52,991 bases of DNA from Lentisphaeria bacterium (GCA_041690595.1 JAWLHB010000023.1:62001-114991); one strand, 5' to 3'; shown: positions 19,912 to 30,702, numbered from the stretch's first letter. Notes: generated by a model from the letters alone, not told the origin. A program made the numbers and translations.

Positions 19912-20921
19912 CCAGCAACCTGACGATCAAGGATATAGCCGAGCTTGCCGGGGTAGCGCCGATCACGGTGTCACGCGTCATCAACCAGAAGCCGGATGTC
20001 TCCAAGGCGACGAGTCAGAGGGTGCAGGCCATCATCGACAAGCATCAGTGGCGACCCAATGTGCAGGCGCGCGGACTGGTACGTGGCAAGACCTATACAC
20101 TCGGCTTTCTCAGCAGCGGGATCAGCACCTCTTTCGTCACCTATCTTGTCGAGGCGATCGAACGCATCGCCACGGCCAACAACTACGCCCTGCTGCTGGT
20201 GGGGGCCGATCCGCGGACGCGCGAAGCGGATCATGGGTTCGAGATCCTCATGAGCCGGGGTGTGGATGGCATCATCCTTGGCGGTCCCCTCGACCTCAGC
20301 GCCGCAACCCTGGCGGCGGCGGAGGAGCGCAATATTCCGTTGCTCACGCTCTACTGGCCGCAGGAAGGCGTGCCGCTGCTCAGTGTCGATTACCGTGAGG
20401 CGGGGCGGCTGGCGGCGGAGCACCTACGGGAGCTTGGGCATCGACGCTGCCTCTACGTGCATGACAGCAATCCGCTCACTTGCGATCCGTATACCACGGC
20501 ACGCTGGGAAGGCTTCCGCGACCTGGCGGGTCCGGATTTCCACGTGGAGGCGCTGCAACAGGCGTATGGCGGCACCGCCACGCTGACAGCCCGATTGCGG
20601 CAGGGCGACATAACCGGGATATTCTGCCAGAACGATCGCTGCCTGCCGGATATTTATCGGGGCGCCTGGGAGCTTGCCATCGATGTTCCGGGAGAGCTTT
20701 CGGTTATCGGCTGTAACGACCAGGCCATTACCCGTGCCCTCACCCCCCAAGTCACCAGTGTCGACAATGCCAAGCATCGCATCGGCGAGCAGGCTGCCCT
20801 TGCCCTCATCCGGACGCCCGCCGGTGGTCGTCCCAGAGGAAAGATTTACAAACCGGCGCTGGTGATACGCGAAAGCACCGGTCCCGCCCCGCATCACCCA
20901 AAGAAAAGGAGCACGCCATGA
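19908..20921 (+). CDS. LacI family transcriptional regulator
   Basis: [32 protein letters not shown] hinge, [24 protein letters not shown] overlap with the upstream gene. Confidence 0.95.
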   Translation: MTSNLTIKDIAELAGVAPITVSRVINQKPDVSKATSQRVQAIIDKHQWRPNVQARGLVRGKTYTLGFLSSGISTSFVTYLVEAIERIATANNYALLLVGADPRTREADHGFEILMSRGVDGIILGGPLDLSAATLAAAEERNIPLLTLYWPQEGVPLLSVDYREAGRLAAEHLRELGHRRCLYVHDSNPLTCDPYTTARWEGFRDLAGPDFHVEALQQAYGGTATLTARLRQGDITGIFCQNDRCLPDIYRGAWELAIDVPGELSVIGCNDQAITRALTPQVTSVDNAKHRIGEQAALALIRTPAGGRPRGKIYKPALVIRESTGPAPHHPKKRSTP

Positions 20922-21649
20922 GGAAGGGATTCCCGGCGGATCAGCCGTCATTCACCCTTATCGAACTGCTGGTTGTGGTTGCGATAATCGCCGTTCTGGC
21001 CAGTCTGCTGCTGCCTGCCTTGGCACGAGCCCGAGGCATGGCGCAAAGCACGGATTGCCTGAATAATCAGAAGCAGCTGGGGCTCGCCTGGCACATGTAC
21101 ACCGACGAATTCGACGGACGTATGTGCACGCCAGGCAGCGGCACGGGCGCCTGGTTCATCTATCTCTGGCTTATTCATCAGGATGTGAAGCTTTACGCGT
21201 GCCCAGCGGATCGCGTGCCTTATGCCCAGATGACCTCGGTTGGCGCCAGCGGCATCTGGCCGACCCGCATTCCCGGCGGCATGCCGGGGGGGATAGGCTA
21301 TCTCGCAAATGGCGGATTGCAGTACTACAACATGCCCTTCCGCAAGCAGGAGCGCTACGCCTATCAGGATCGGACCATGGTCATGATGGACGGCACCAAC
21401 CACTGGTACATGCTCACCTACGATCCAACCCGCTTCTTCGTCTATGGCGCGGACGGCGTTTATTCCCTCAACAGCCGGTATCTTGCCCGGCACCAGGCTC
21501 GCATGAATGCGCTCTTCCTGGATGGCCATTCCGAGACGATGGCCGGCAAGTCGTATCCGGCGGATCCGACCAAGAGCACCATGCCGACCACCATGGAGGC
21601 CGTCAACCTCTTCTGGCGCGGCACGACTGTCGGCAATGGCCCGGGGTGA
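20918..21649 (+). CDS. Prepilin-type N-terminal/H-X9-DG (DUF1559-like) protein, paralog C
   Basis: [45 protein letters not shown]. Confidence 0.92.
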   Translation: MRKGFPADQPSFTLIELLVVVAIIAVLASLLLPALARARGMAQSTDCLNNQKQLGLAWHMYTDEFDGRMCTPGSGTGAWFIYLWLIHQDVKLYACPADRVPYAQMTSVGASGIWPTRIPGGMPGGIGYLANGGLQYYNMPFRKQERYAYQDRTMVMMDGTNHWYMLTYDPTRFFVYGADGVYSLNSRYLARHQARMNALFLDGHSETMAGKSYPADPTKSTMPTTMEAVNLFWRGTTVGNGPG

Positions 21650-23784
21650 AGATCTCTCAATCATCCCGGCATCCTCCACTCGAGGTCGATCCGCGATTGC
21701 CGGCCTTCGTGCCTGACGAGCTGACAGACCATCTGGTGGAAATGGGCGTTGACATGCCGTCCGTGCAGCTGACGGTGGAGCCGGCACTGGGGCGCGAGGC
21801 GCACCTGGCGGAGTGGAGCGATGGCGCCCTGCGGATCCGCGGCGGCGATCCTCGGGGCGTCTATCATGGTGTGCTCTCCTTTCTGGAAGCGCTCGGCTGC
21901 CGTTGGCTGGCGCCGGGGGAATGGGGAACCGTCATCCCACGCCTGGACCGGATTGCGCTGCCCAATGGCTGGCGGAGCGCGGGTCAGCCTGCCATGCTCT
22001 GGCGCGGCCTGCATATCTGCGGCACCGGCCATGACCAGGAGGGCAACGCCATCTTCCACTACGATGTGCGAACTGCTCTCTGGATGGCACGCAACCGGAT
22101 GAACTTCAAGCCGATTCATATCGACGAGATCAACCAGGCGGCGCCGCTCCTCGCCAGACACCTGCTCTCGCCGCTTGCCTTTGGCCACAGCTACAGCGCC
22201 TGGATTCCAATGGGCGACTATCGCGAGCATCCAGAGTGGTTCCCGCTGGTCGACGGCCGGCGTCTTCGCGAGGGACAGCGCTGCCTGAGCAATTCGGCGC
22301 TCCGCGATGCCTGGGCCGAGCGTCTTATTGCCTACGCCGAATCGCACCCGGATCTGCCGATTCTCAGCCTGGCACCCAACGACGGCTACCGCTGGTGCAC
22401 CTGCCCCGACTGCACGGCGCTGGACACTCCCGAAGATCGCGAGCGGCAGGAGCTAAATCGTCGCCACCACCACTTCAGCGCTGATCTGGCGCGGCGCCTG
22501 CGCGCGGCCTGCCCGACCGCCTGCCTCAGTACGATCTCCTACTGTAACTATCTGGATCCTGCCAACGATATAGAACAGGAGCCAAATCTCGCGGTCTCCC
22601 TGTGCGCCATGCACGCGCGCAATCGACCGCTGGACGACCCGCTCAGCCCCATCAACCAAACCTTCCTGCGGCGCCTCGCGGCTTGGCGGGAGAAGGCCGG
22701 GAAGCTCTTCTGGTCCAGCTACGATCTATCCTATGGTGGCACGCTGCCGCAGGCTTACGATGCCGCCACCGCCCGTACCATACAGGTGTTGCGGGCGAAT
22801 GGCGTGGCGGGTCTGAAGACGGAGGTGGTCCCGGGAGAGCAGGAACGCTGGCGCGTCAACGCGTGGCCCCTTTACCTTCTGGCCAGGCTCTGCTATGCGC
22901 CGGATCTCGATCTGGCGGCCTTGCGGCAGGATTTCTGTCGTCACGCGTACGGCCCTGCCGCCAACCCCGCAGAGCGTATTCTTGCGCTTCATGCCGAGGC
23001 TATGGCGGAACTTGCCGGCGAGGATCTGCACGCCCTCTCGCCGGAGCACCTGCCCCGCATCTATCCACCGCATCGCCTGAAGGCGTTGACCGATGCCGCC
23101 CTTGCCGATGCCGGCGACGCCGAGTGCCGGGCGCGCTTCGCCGCGGTTCAGGCCCAGGTGGAGGAGCTGACTGCCGCCTGCGACGCGAAGGTTGTCGCCG
23201 TCATTGAGGCCGCTCCCATCCGGGCGCCTCACCTGCATGGCATCAGCTTCGACGTTTTTGACTGCCTGACCTGGGTTCCGCAGCGTCAACGCAGCAACCT
23301 ATTGCCATTTGCCACGCCCAGCAGCTGTTCCGTTGCCTGGACTGACGAGGAGCTATGGCTGGCTTTCCGTCTGGGCGAACCGGATGTGGCAACCGCGCTG
23401 GCTGACACCGGAGAGGGGTCTGGAGCATTCAGCGGTTCGAACGTCGATTGCTTCATCCATCCCGAGGCGCGGACGGGTGTCTACTATCAACTGGCAATCA
23501 ACATCGCGGGACAGGTGTACAGCGCACGCTGTCATCAGCGGCAGTGGAACTCCGACTACAAGCTGGAACCCACGGTGGAGTTGCGGCATCATCGGAAGAG
23601 ATGGGATCTGCTGATCGGGATTAGCTGGGAACGGCTCGGCGTCACCAGGCCAACAGTCGGCGACAGCTGGCACCTGGCGCTCAATCGAGGTCAGCAATGC
23701 GCCTCGCCACGCCTGTTAGGCGGCTGGCCGAATGGTGGCGGCTGGCATAACATCGAAAACATGGGAACCCTCCATTTTGCATAA
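21646..23784 (+). CDS. DUF4838-family protein with C-terminal CBM9-like domain
   Basis: [53 protein letters not shown]-terminal [10 protein letters not shown]...ISWERLG. GTG start overlaps the TGA of paralog C. Confidence 0.78.
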   Translation: MKISQSSRHPPLEVDPRLPAFVPDELTDHLVEMGVDMPSVQLTVEPALGREAHLAEWSDGALRIRGGDPRGVYHGVLSFLEALGCRWLAPGEWGTVIPRLDRIALPNGWRSAGQPAMLWRGLHICGTGHDQEGNAIFHYDVRTALWMARNRMNFKPIHIDEINQAAPLLARHLLSPLAFGHSYSAWIPMGDYREHPEWFPLVDGRRLREGQRCLSNSALRDAWAERLIAYAESHPDLPILSLAPNDGYRWCTCPDCTALDTPEDRERQELNRRHHHFSADLARRLRAACPTACLSTISYCNYLDPANDIEQEPNLAVSLCAMHARNRPLDDPLSPINQTFLRRLAAWREKAGKLFWSSYDLSYGGTLPQAYDAATARTIQVLRANGVAGLKTEVVPGEQERWRVNAWPLYLLARLCYAPDLDLAALRQDFCRHAYGPAANPAERILALHAEAMAELAGEDLHALSPEHLPRIYPPHRLKALTDAALADAGDAECRARFAAVQAQVEELTAACDAKVVAVIEAAPIRAPHLHGISFDVFDCLTWVPQRQRSNLLPFATPSSCSVAWTDEELWLAFRLGEPDVATALADTGEGSGAFSGSNVDCFIHPEARTGVYYQLAINIAGQVYSARCHQRQWNSDYKLEPTVELRHHRKRWDLLIGISWERLGVTRPTVGDSWHLALNRGQQCASPRLLGGWPNGGGWHNIENMGTLHFA

Positions 23785-26461
23785 GCTACATTTTTTCTGC
23801 CTCCTCTTTGGTGCTATCACGGCCATCGCCGAGCTTCCCGGCAAGGTGGGGCTGGTCGGAGTTTCGTATGGCCACTACGAGATCAAGGTCATCGTCAATC
23901 GCGTCCTTCTTCCCTCGGCGGAGGAAGAGTATCTCTTCAGTGAGCGCGCGGAGACCCTGCCTTGGGAGACGCTGGACGAATATGCGCTGATCATCGCCGC
24001 CACCAGGCTGGCGGCCGAGGCAACCGATGAGCAGAACGCCCGTCTCCGGTCGTGGGTGGAGGCAGGGGGTCACCTGATTGTCATCCATCAGGCGGCCACT
24101 GCCCTGGACTTGACCTGGGCGGGCATCACCGGCACCGCCTACCAGCGCAACACGCTCAGTTGCGAGGTGCGCCGGCAGCATGCCCTTCTGGCCGATCTGC
24201 CGCTGTCGCCGCCGCCTCCCTGGATGGCCAATGCCGTCATCATCGCCCGCACGACCCCACCCATGACGACACTGATCGGCACCAACACCGCATGCCTGGT
24301 CGGCGTGGCTGCTATCGGACAGGGCGAAGTCGCCTACCTTGGCCATGAACTCTTCCGCCTTCGCCTGGACGGCAAGGATCCAGATGATTCGTGGGTCGAG
24401 TTGCTGCGGCGCCTGGTGCGACGGGCGCGGCCCCTGACGATCGGGCAGCTGCGCCAGGAGCAGTTGGAGCAGTGGCGCCAGCGGGATGAGCAGCTGCTTG
24501 TCTGGTCCCGCGAATGGGAACGCGGCGAAACCTATGGACCGCGCTTCGTGCCACCGATGCCCGAAGCTGCCGAGATAGCGGCCAAGTCCCACCTCCATCT
24601 TGCCGTCGGTGAAGTCGAATCCCTGCAACTCAACCTGACGCCGGTAGAGCCGTTTGGTCCGCTCAACTGGGCACTTGAGTGCGGCGATTTCCCCGCCGCA
24701 CAAGTGGAACTGCTGGTGCAGGATCGCCCACCCGAGATACCGTGGCCGAAGGCGCCGGAGCTGGTTCAGGAGGCGCCTTACTGGCTGCTGCCACCGGAGT
24801 ACGTGGAGCCCATGGGCGACCCGCGCATCGCGATGCCCGAAGCGGGACGGCCACGCATCCTCTGGCTTCGGCTGGTCACGCACGACGTGCCGCCCGGTGA
24901 CTACACCCTGCAGCTTCGCCTTGCCGCCGATGGTATGGCTCCCATGACACACCCCATACGGGTGACCGTGTACCCCGTGCATCTGCCCAGCCAGCGGCTC
25001 ATCACCCTGGCACCCGGGGGCACCGTTTACGGCGATGTCAACGATCCGGCTCCGGCACGCCGGTTCGTTCGCAACCTGAGCGCCCACGGAGTGAACTGGA
25101 CCATCGTCAATGCCTTGCGCCCCCATTCGCTGAGCGTGGAAGGCGAGCCGCTGAACCCCGCCTGGCTTCAGGCGCATCGCGAGGCAGTGGTTGCGGGTAC
25201 GCCTCGCCTCGATTTTGCAGCGCTGGATCCCTGGTTCGATCAGGCAATCGATCATGGCCAGACGCGCCTGCGCATGCTCTCGATGGTCTACTACCTCGAT
25301 AGTCTCACCGGCCGCCTTGGCTACACGGAAACCGAGAGGGCGGCAGCGCGCCTCTGGTTGCGCCGCGCCTATCGCGAGTATCTGCATGAGAAGGGCTTTC
25401 GTACCATGATCGTCTCCAGCGGTGACGAGCTGAGCCCTGGTGAGCTGCGCGAAAAGTGGCTGCCGTGGGCACGCGAGCAGGCCGAAGCCGGCTGGAGCTG
25501 CACCTCCGCCTTCAGTTGGGGACGCACTACCCCCGGCTATCAGGAACTGGTGAAGGAGATTTCCCCGTACGTCCAGCTGTGGACGCTCAACCGGCAGCTT
25601 GCACCGCGCTTCCAGGAAGATCGGGCCAACGGCCTCATCGCCATCCGTCCGAATGCGCTGGTGGGCACCTACGGCGCCGGGGAAGGACGCGGCACCGAAC
25701 ATCGCAAGCAGCTCGGCCGGGGACGCTTTCTCGGCTGGGAAGCCTGGCGCTGGAAGCTCGACAACTGCATGACCAATCCCTACTTCAAAGGGTGGCTTTA
25801 CTATCTCGACTATGGCGATTCCGGGGAAACCGGCGGCATTGCCGGCGAACGCTTCGTCTCGTACATCGACTATGAGGATCAGCGGGTGGATCTCGCCGAC
25901 AGCCCCTTCTGGGAAGGGATCCGCGATGGCATGGAGGACGGTAATCTTGCCGCCATCGCCGAATGGTACATCGAACGACTCCACAATCCGGCCGCCGCCG
26001 CCGCTTTGGCGGAGTTGAAAGAGGCCTCCATCCATGCTGGCGGCACCGACCAATTCCGCCACCTCAAGCAGCGGTTTCTGACGCTTCTCGGCACTCTGGA
26101 TACAAGCGGCCTCCAGCCATCGTTGTACTGGAACCAGGTGGCGCTCATCCGCGACGGCAGGCCAGTCGCTGCCCTCCACGGTCCGGACGGTCAGGTCGCC
26201 GCCTTCAATGCACACGTTCGCCGCCTCACCGGGATGGAACTGCCGCGGCAGGACATCCAGACCACCGTGATCATCTCCTTTAGCCTCGACGACCTCCCGC
26301 CCGAGGCAGCGTTGCCATCGACCAGCCACCGCATCTTCCATCAGAAAGGCGAGGTGGAGCGTTACATCGTCCTGGCTGGAGCCGACGCCGCCCCCAATCT
26401 TGCCGTCGACCGGTTCGCGGCCTTCCTGCATGCCACTGGCTCGTGGCTGATTCACCCGTGA
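23777..26461 (+). CDS. Secreted protein: class I GATase-like domain plus GH123/DUF4091-like domain
   Basis: Signal peptide; LRSWVEAGGHLIV; SSGDELS acid pair; WEGIRDGMED. Paralogous to the C-terminal part of 16612-19911. Start uncertain (23732 or 23777). Confidence 0.62.
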   Translation: MHKLHFFCLLFGAITAIAELPGKVGLVGVSYGHYEIKVIVNRVLLPSAEEEYLFSERAETLPWETLDEYALIIAATRLAAEATDEQNARLRSWVEAGGHLIVIHQAATALDLTWAGITGTAYQRNTLSCEVRRQHALLADLPLSPPPPWMANAVIIARTTPPMTTLIGTNTACLVGVAAIGQGEVAYLGHELFRLRLDGKDPDDSWVELLRRLVRRARPLTIGQLRQEQLEQWRQRDEQLLVWSREWERGETYGPRFVPPMPEAAEIAAKSHLHLAVGEVESLQLNLTPVEPFGPLNWALECGDFPAAQVELLVQDRPPEIPWPKAPELVQEAPYWLLPPEYVEPMGDPRIAMPEAGRPRILWLRLVTHDVPPGDYTLQLRLAADGMAPMTHPIRVTVYPVHLPSQRLITLAPGGTVYGDVNDPAPARRFVRNLSAHGVNWTIVNALRPHSLSVEGEPLNPAWLQAHREAVVAGTPRLDFAALDPWFDQAIDHGQTRLRMLSMVYYLDSLTGRLGYTETERAAARLWLRRAYREYLHEKGFRTMIVSSGDELSPGELREKWLPWAREQAEAGWSCTSAFSWGRTTPGYQELVKEISPYVQLWTLNRQLAPRFQEDRANGLIAIRPNALVGTYGAGEGRGTEHRKQLGRGRFLGWEAWRWKLDNCMTNPYFKGWLYYLDYGDSGETGGIAGERFVSYIDYEDQRVDLADSPFWEGIRDGMEDGNLAAIAEWYIERLHNPAAAAALAELKEASIHAGGTDQFRHLKQRFLTLLGTLDTSGLQPSLYWNQVALIRDGRPVAALHGPDGQVAAFNAHVRRLTGMELPRQDIQTTVIISFSLDDLPPEAALPSTSHRIFHQKGEVERYIVLAGADAAPNLAVDRFAAFLHATGSWLIHP

Positions 26462-26482
26462 TAAAATGGCTCGACACCCATT

Positions 26483-26498
26483 TGTGACAATTTTCACA
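26483..26498. promoter_or_regulatory. CRP/FNR-family (or Rex-like) binding site
   Basis: TGTGA-CAATTT-TCACA, about 120 nt upstream of the cytochrome gene. Confidence 0.6.
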
Positions 26499-26616
26499 GC
26501 TTGGCTGGCGAAATAATGAAACAGCTCTAAATTAAGGTCGACTGTGCTGTTTGGGAGCGGCACAAGCACTGCTTCGTGGATCAGTTTAAAACGAGTTGCT
26601 GCGTGGGAGACAGGGG

Positions 26617-28995
26617 ATGATGAAAAGGGGATTACTAGCCAGTGTAGTGGTTTGCATGCTTGGTGCTCTGTGGTGCGGTGCGGCCGACGAAATGGCCTGC
26701 AGCGACTGCCACGACGTGCAACTTGAGGGATCGGCACACCATGAGGTGCTGTCGTGTCGGGATTGCCACGAAGGACTGGACGTCGAGAAGCACACAGAGT
26801 CGGGCGCCAAACCCGTCAACTGCGCCGAGTGCCATTCCGACCAGGGCGAGAGCATGGAGTTCAACATCCATAAGCGGCTGACGAAGCGGGTTGGTGACCT
26901 GCAGCCAGGCTGCGCGGACTGCCATGGCAGCCATAAGATAGAGCCCATGGCCGCTATCACCGATCCGAGCCAGAAATTCTGCCAGTCCTGCCACGAAAAC
27001 GTGACGCTGACCGGCTCCTTTCATCTGAAGCCCTTCATCGCCAATGATGACTGCCTCTCCTGCCACGATACCCAGGATTACCATGCGGTTGTCGAAAGCT
27101 CCGTACACACGGAATTTGCCTGTATCGACTGCCATGGTTATGTCGGCGAGAATCTGGACAGCCATGTGGGCGGCATTCCATTCGACCAGAAAGCCAACTG
27201 CGCCACCTGTCATGCGCAAGTTGCCGCGACCCATGCTGAAAGTATCCACGGCATCTCTCTGGCCGAGGCAATACCCGAGGCCGCCAACTGCTGGAACTGC
27301 CATGGCAGCCATCACATTGTCCCCGTCAAATCGGCGGAAAGCCCCGTCAATCTGGGCAACCTTTCCAATACCTGCGGCAAGTGCCATGCGGATCCGGAGT
27401 TCGTCAAGAAGTTCAGCATGGGCATACGTAACGTCGTGATACAATACCAGGAGTCTGTCCATGGCCGCCTGGCTCTCGAAGGGCGGGAGGATGCGCCCAA
27501 CTGCGCCACCTGCCATGAATCCCACGCCATCAAAAACCGCCGCATGCCCGGCTCCACCATTTCCAGCTTCAATGTGCCTCAGACCTGCGGGCAGTGCCAT
27601 AGCGAGATCGAGAAGGAATACAAGGAATCGATCCATTGGGTGCTTGCGAAACGCGGCATCAGCGAAGCGCCTGTCTGTAATGACTGCCATAGCGAGCACG
27701 ACGTTCACCGCGTCAACAGCCCGGACCGCCGTCAGGCTATCCGCCAACTGCAGAACGACAGTTGCATCCGCTGTCATCAGGACCCCATGCTTGCCCGCCG
27801 CTTCCAACTCAATGAGCAACGTCCCAGCGAGTATCTCGACAGCTATCATGGCCTGGCAGTGATGCGCGGCGATCCCGATGCGGCCCTCTGCATCGACTGC
27901 CATGGCGTCCATAGCATCCTCCCCAAGTCGCATTCGGCATCTCTGATTCACCCCGACAATGTCCGCGAAACCTGCGCCACCTGTCATCCTGGCGCGACTA
28001 AGACTTTCGCCTTGAGCTATGCGCACAACGAAGTCGTCACCTCCTCCCGCACAGCTGAGTATTGGGTTCGGCAAATCTATATCTGGATGATCATCATCGT
28101 CATCTCCGGCATGATCGTTCACAACGTGATCATTCTCGGCTTTGAGCTGCACAAGCACCGCGACCGCAGCCGCAAGCAGGTCGCACTCAGGCGTTTCAAC
28201 GGCAATGAAGTCATCCAGCATCTGCTGCTCATGCTCTTCTTCACCCTGCTTGCCTTGACCGGATTCGCTCTCAAGTATCCTGACTTCCCGCTCTTCCGTC
28301 TGCTCACCGCCATTGGGCTCAATGAGCCGACACGCCAGTGGCTCCATCGCGCCATGGGCGTTGGCCTGGTCGTTCTCGGCGTTTACCACATCGTCTATCT
28401 CTTCGCTGCTCGCAGCGGGCGCCACCTGCTGAAGGAAATGCTGCCTCGCCCACGGGATATGCGCGACATGGTCCACAACATCCTGTACCACGTACGGCTC
28501 CGCAAGACCCGGCCCAGCTTTCAGCAGTTCAATTACGTGGAGAAATCCGAGTACTGGGCGCTGGTCTGGGGCACGATCATCATGGCCGCCACCGGCTTCC
28601 TCCTCTGGTTTCCCACCATGGTTGGTGACTGGGCTCCTATCTGGCTCATTCGCGTCTCCGAGATCATCCACCTGTACGAAGCCATCCTGGCCACTTTGGC
28701 CATCCTCGTCTGGCATCTCTTCTTCGTGATCTACCATCCGAATGAATACCCGATGAACCTCGCCTGGATCGACGGCTCCATCTCGCTCGAGACCTTCAAG
28801 CACCATTATCGGGAGCAGTACCTGCACATCGTCGAGGAATGGCGCCAGCATCGGGAAGAAAGCCGTCCCGAGGAGAAGCTCTCCTACGATACGCGCCTCC
28901 TCCTCAAGACCCTGCGCAAGCATGATCTGGATCCGGACCTTCTCCTCAAGCATGAGGAAGAGGCCGACACGGAAGACGACGCGTCCCAAAGCTGA
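26617..28995 (+). CDS. Multiheme cytochrome c (16 CxxCH) fused to an FdnI/HydC-type cytochrome b (CbcL-like quinol oxidoreductase)
   Basis: Signal peptide; 16 CxxCH motifs counted; then TM helices with His ligands (IQHLLL, WLHRAMG, IIHLYEA, VWHLFF) and FNYVEKSEYWALVWG. Confidence 0.9.
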   Translation: MMKRGLLASVVVCMLGALWCGAADEMACSDCHDVQLEGSAHHEVLSCRDCHEGLDVEKHTESGAKPVNCAECHSDQGESMEFNIHKRLTKRVGDLQPGCADCHGSHKIEPMAAITDPSQKFCQSCHENVTLTGSFHLKPFIANDDCLSCHDTQDYHAVVESSVHTEFACIDCHGYVGENLDSHVGGIPFDQKANCATCHAQVAATHAESIHGISLAEAIPEAANCWNCHGSHHIVPVKSAESPVNLGNLSNTCGKCHADPEFVKKFSMGIRNVVIQYQESVHGRLALEGREDAPNCATCHESHAIKNRRMPGSTISSFNVPQTCGQCHSEIEKEYKESIHWVLAKRGISEAPVCNDCHSEHDVHRVNSPDRRQAIRQLQNDSCIRCHQDPMLARRFQLNEQRPSEYLDSYHGLAVMRGDPDAALCIDCHGVHSILPKSHSASLIHPDNVRETCATCHPGATKTFALSYAHNEVVTSSRTAEYWVRQIYIWMIIIVISGMIVHNVIILGFELHKHRDRSRKQVALRRFNGNEVIQHLLLMLFFTLLALTGFALKYPDFPLFRLLTAIGLNEPTRQWLHRAMGVGLVVLGVYHIVYLFAARSGRHLLKEMLPRPRDMRDMVHNILYHVRLRKTRPSFQQFNYVEKSEYWALVWGTIIMAATGFLLWFPTMVGDWAPIWLIRVSEIIHLYEAILATLAILVWHLFFVIYHPNEYPMNLAWIDGSISLETFKHHYREQYLHIVEEWRQHREESRPEEKLSYDTRLLLKTLRKHDLDPDLLLKHEEEADTEDDASQS

Positions 28996-29006
28996 GCGTG
29001 ATTCGG

Positions 29007-29960
29007 TCAACGCGCCTCAACCAGTCTCGACCCGGCCCGTTGCGCATCGTCAGCGAAGGGCAGGTCGATGGTGTCCAGGCGGTGTAGCGCCATCGGGTCA
29101 TCGAGGCTGGCCAGTGCCGGTACGGATGTACAGCCAAAGGCGCAACCGTACTGACGCAGTAGGTCGACGGTGAAAGAGGTATAGCTGCCGCACGGATAAG
29201 TCATCGGCCACCGGCGCGGCGGTTCCCCGAATACGCTGGAAAGGAAGACCACCATGCGGGCGATATCCAGTGCCTGCTCGTCGTGCGGCAGCGTGCCCAG
29301 CCATTCATGTGAATAGCCATGACCGCCGATCTCCATGCCCTCACGGTGCATGTCCTGCAGTTGTGGCAGAGTCATGTAGAGTTCGTCCGCAAAGGCAGCT
29401 TCGTCGCCGGTGACGAAGCGCGCAAAGAGACGCGAGCAGATCGCATTGCGAAGATGACGGGGCAGCCCCTTCTGCAGAACGTACTTGACGAACTTCTCAT
29501 CGCCGCTATTCAGCCGGTTGCCCTGTCCGAATTGCTCTTCCAACTCCGCAATCGCCGGCACTCCCGCTTCCCCCTGAAGCGCCGCCAGTTCCGCCAACAG
29601 CGCCCCCTTGATCCGCGACGGATCGCCAGCCGCCGCAAGCACGAAATGGATCTTGTGAACATCCAGCACATGATGCTCCAGAATCGCCTTTGCCGGCGGA
29701 AAAAAGGCGCCCGACAGGCCCCGCTGGCGCAGGAGCGGAAAGACGTGGCGATAGTGATCTACCAGCCCGTCGTCGAAGGTGAGAATGCAGCCATTCGGCG
29801 GTACCAGCCCCGCCAGAAGGTCCCGAAACCCCACAATCCGGTAGTGCTTCATCAGGTAATCCAGTTGCCCTCGGAAGCGCGCGGGAGTCAAGCCCCGGAT
29901 TGCCGGATAGCGGGCGCCCTTCGTCTCCCGTACATAGTGATACATGACAATGGTAAGCAT
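29007..29960 (-). CDS. Polysaccharide deacetylase family protein
   Basis: IVMYHYV, LTFDDG, MEIGGHGYSH and YPCG motifs. Confidence 0.9.
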   Translation of the reverse strand: MLTIVMYHYVRETKGARYPAIRGLTPARFRGQLDYLMKHYRIVGFRDLLAGLVPPNGCILTFDDGLVDHYRHVFPLLRQRGLSGAFFPPAKAILEHHVLDVHKIHFVLAAAGDPSRIKGALLAELAALQGEAGVPAIAELEEQFGQGNRLNSGDEKFVKYVLQKGLPRHLRNAICSRLFARFVTGDEAAFADELYMTLPQLQDMHREGMEIGGHGYSHEWLGTLPHDEQALDIARMVVFLSSVFGEPPRRWPMTYPCGSYTSFTVDLLRQYGCAFGCTSVPALASLDDPMALHRLDTIDLPFADDAQRAGSRLVEAR

Positions 29961-29963
29961 GCG

Positions 29964-30686
29964 TCAGCCTCCATTCGTCCGCGTCAGCACCAGGTGATAA
30001 CGTGCCGTGCACGCCGGCTCCAACAGGTTCCGCCGGTGAATCAGCTGCGCCTCGCGAATCGTAAACCATGGTGCGATCAACGACTCGATCCGCGAGAAGT
30101 TGAAGTAGGACTGAATCGTCCCCTGCTCATGTGCCGCTCCCACAACCTCTTCCCCCGCGAACTCACGCCCATGCGTGCCATCGTCGCCGGAGACAAGATC
30201 CAGATAGAAGAGCCCGCCCGCCGCCAAAACCCTGTGCGCCTCGCCCATCACCTCACGGGCCGTGCTGAAAGGCATGCTGTCCAAGACCCCGTGCGAAACC
30301 GCCACCTGAAAATGGCCATCCGGGAAAGGCATCTCCGTCGCCGAACCGGCGATGAATCGCGTCGCCTGCTCGGCAAGCTGGCGCGCCTCCGCTTCCTGAC
30401 GCGCCACCGCCACCGCCTCCGATGACAGATCGATCCCCCACGCCTCCAGACCACAGGCCTCCATGTAGAAGACATGGCGTCCGATCCCGCAACCGATTGC
30501 CAACCCCCGCCGCGGCCCCGGCGGCAGGCGCCATTCCCACTCCTTCCACCCGACCTGCCGGCAGACATACCGCGACACAAAGCGGATGACCTCCTCGTGA
30601 GGATAGAAAACGTGGTTCTCCCGCCGCGCGTACGATGCATCCCACTCCGCACGCTTCAGATCAATATCCGGTGAATCTATCCGCAT
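29964..30686 (-). CDS. Class I SAM-dependent methyltransferase
   Basis: LAIGCGIGRH motif I, GIDLS, MPFPDGHFQ, RVLAAGG. Start chosen by RBS (alternative 30728). Confidence 0.88.
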   Translation of the reverse strand: MRIDSPDIDLKRAEWDASYARRENHVFYPHEEVIRFVSRYVCRQVGWKEWEWRLPPGPRRGLAIGCGIGRHVFYMEACGLEAWGIDLSSEAVAVARQEAEARQLAEQATRFIAGSATEMPFPDGHFQVAVSHGVLDSMPFSTAREVMGEAHRVLAAGGLFYLDLVSGDDGTHGREFAGEEVVGAAHEQGTIQSYFNFSRIESLIAPWFTIREAQLIHRRNLLEPACTARYHLVLTRTNGG

Positions 30687-30702
30687 GAACCTCTTCTCCT
30701 GC

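Noticed and set aside
21124..21645. 174-aa N-terminal extension of the DUF4838 ORF
   Set aside because: Overlaps paralog C in another frame; a GTG overlapping the paralog C stop gives a coupled start at 21646.
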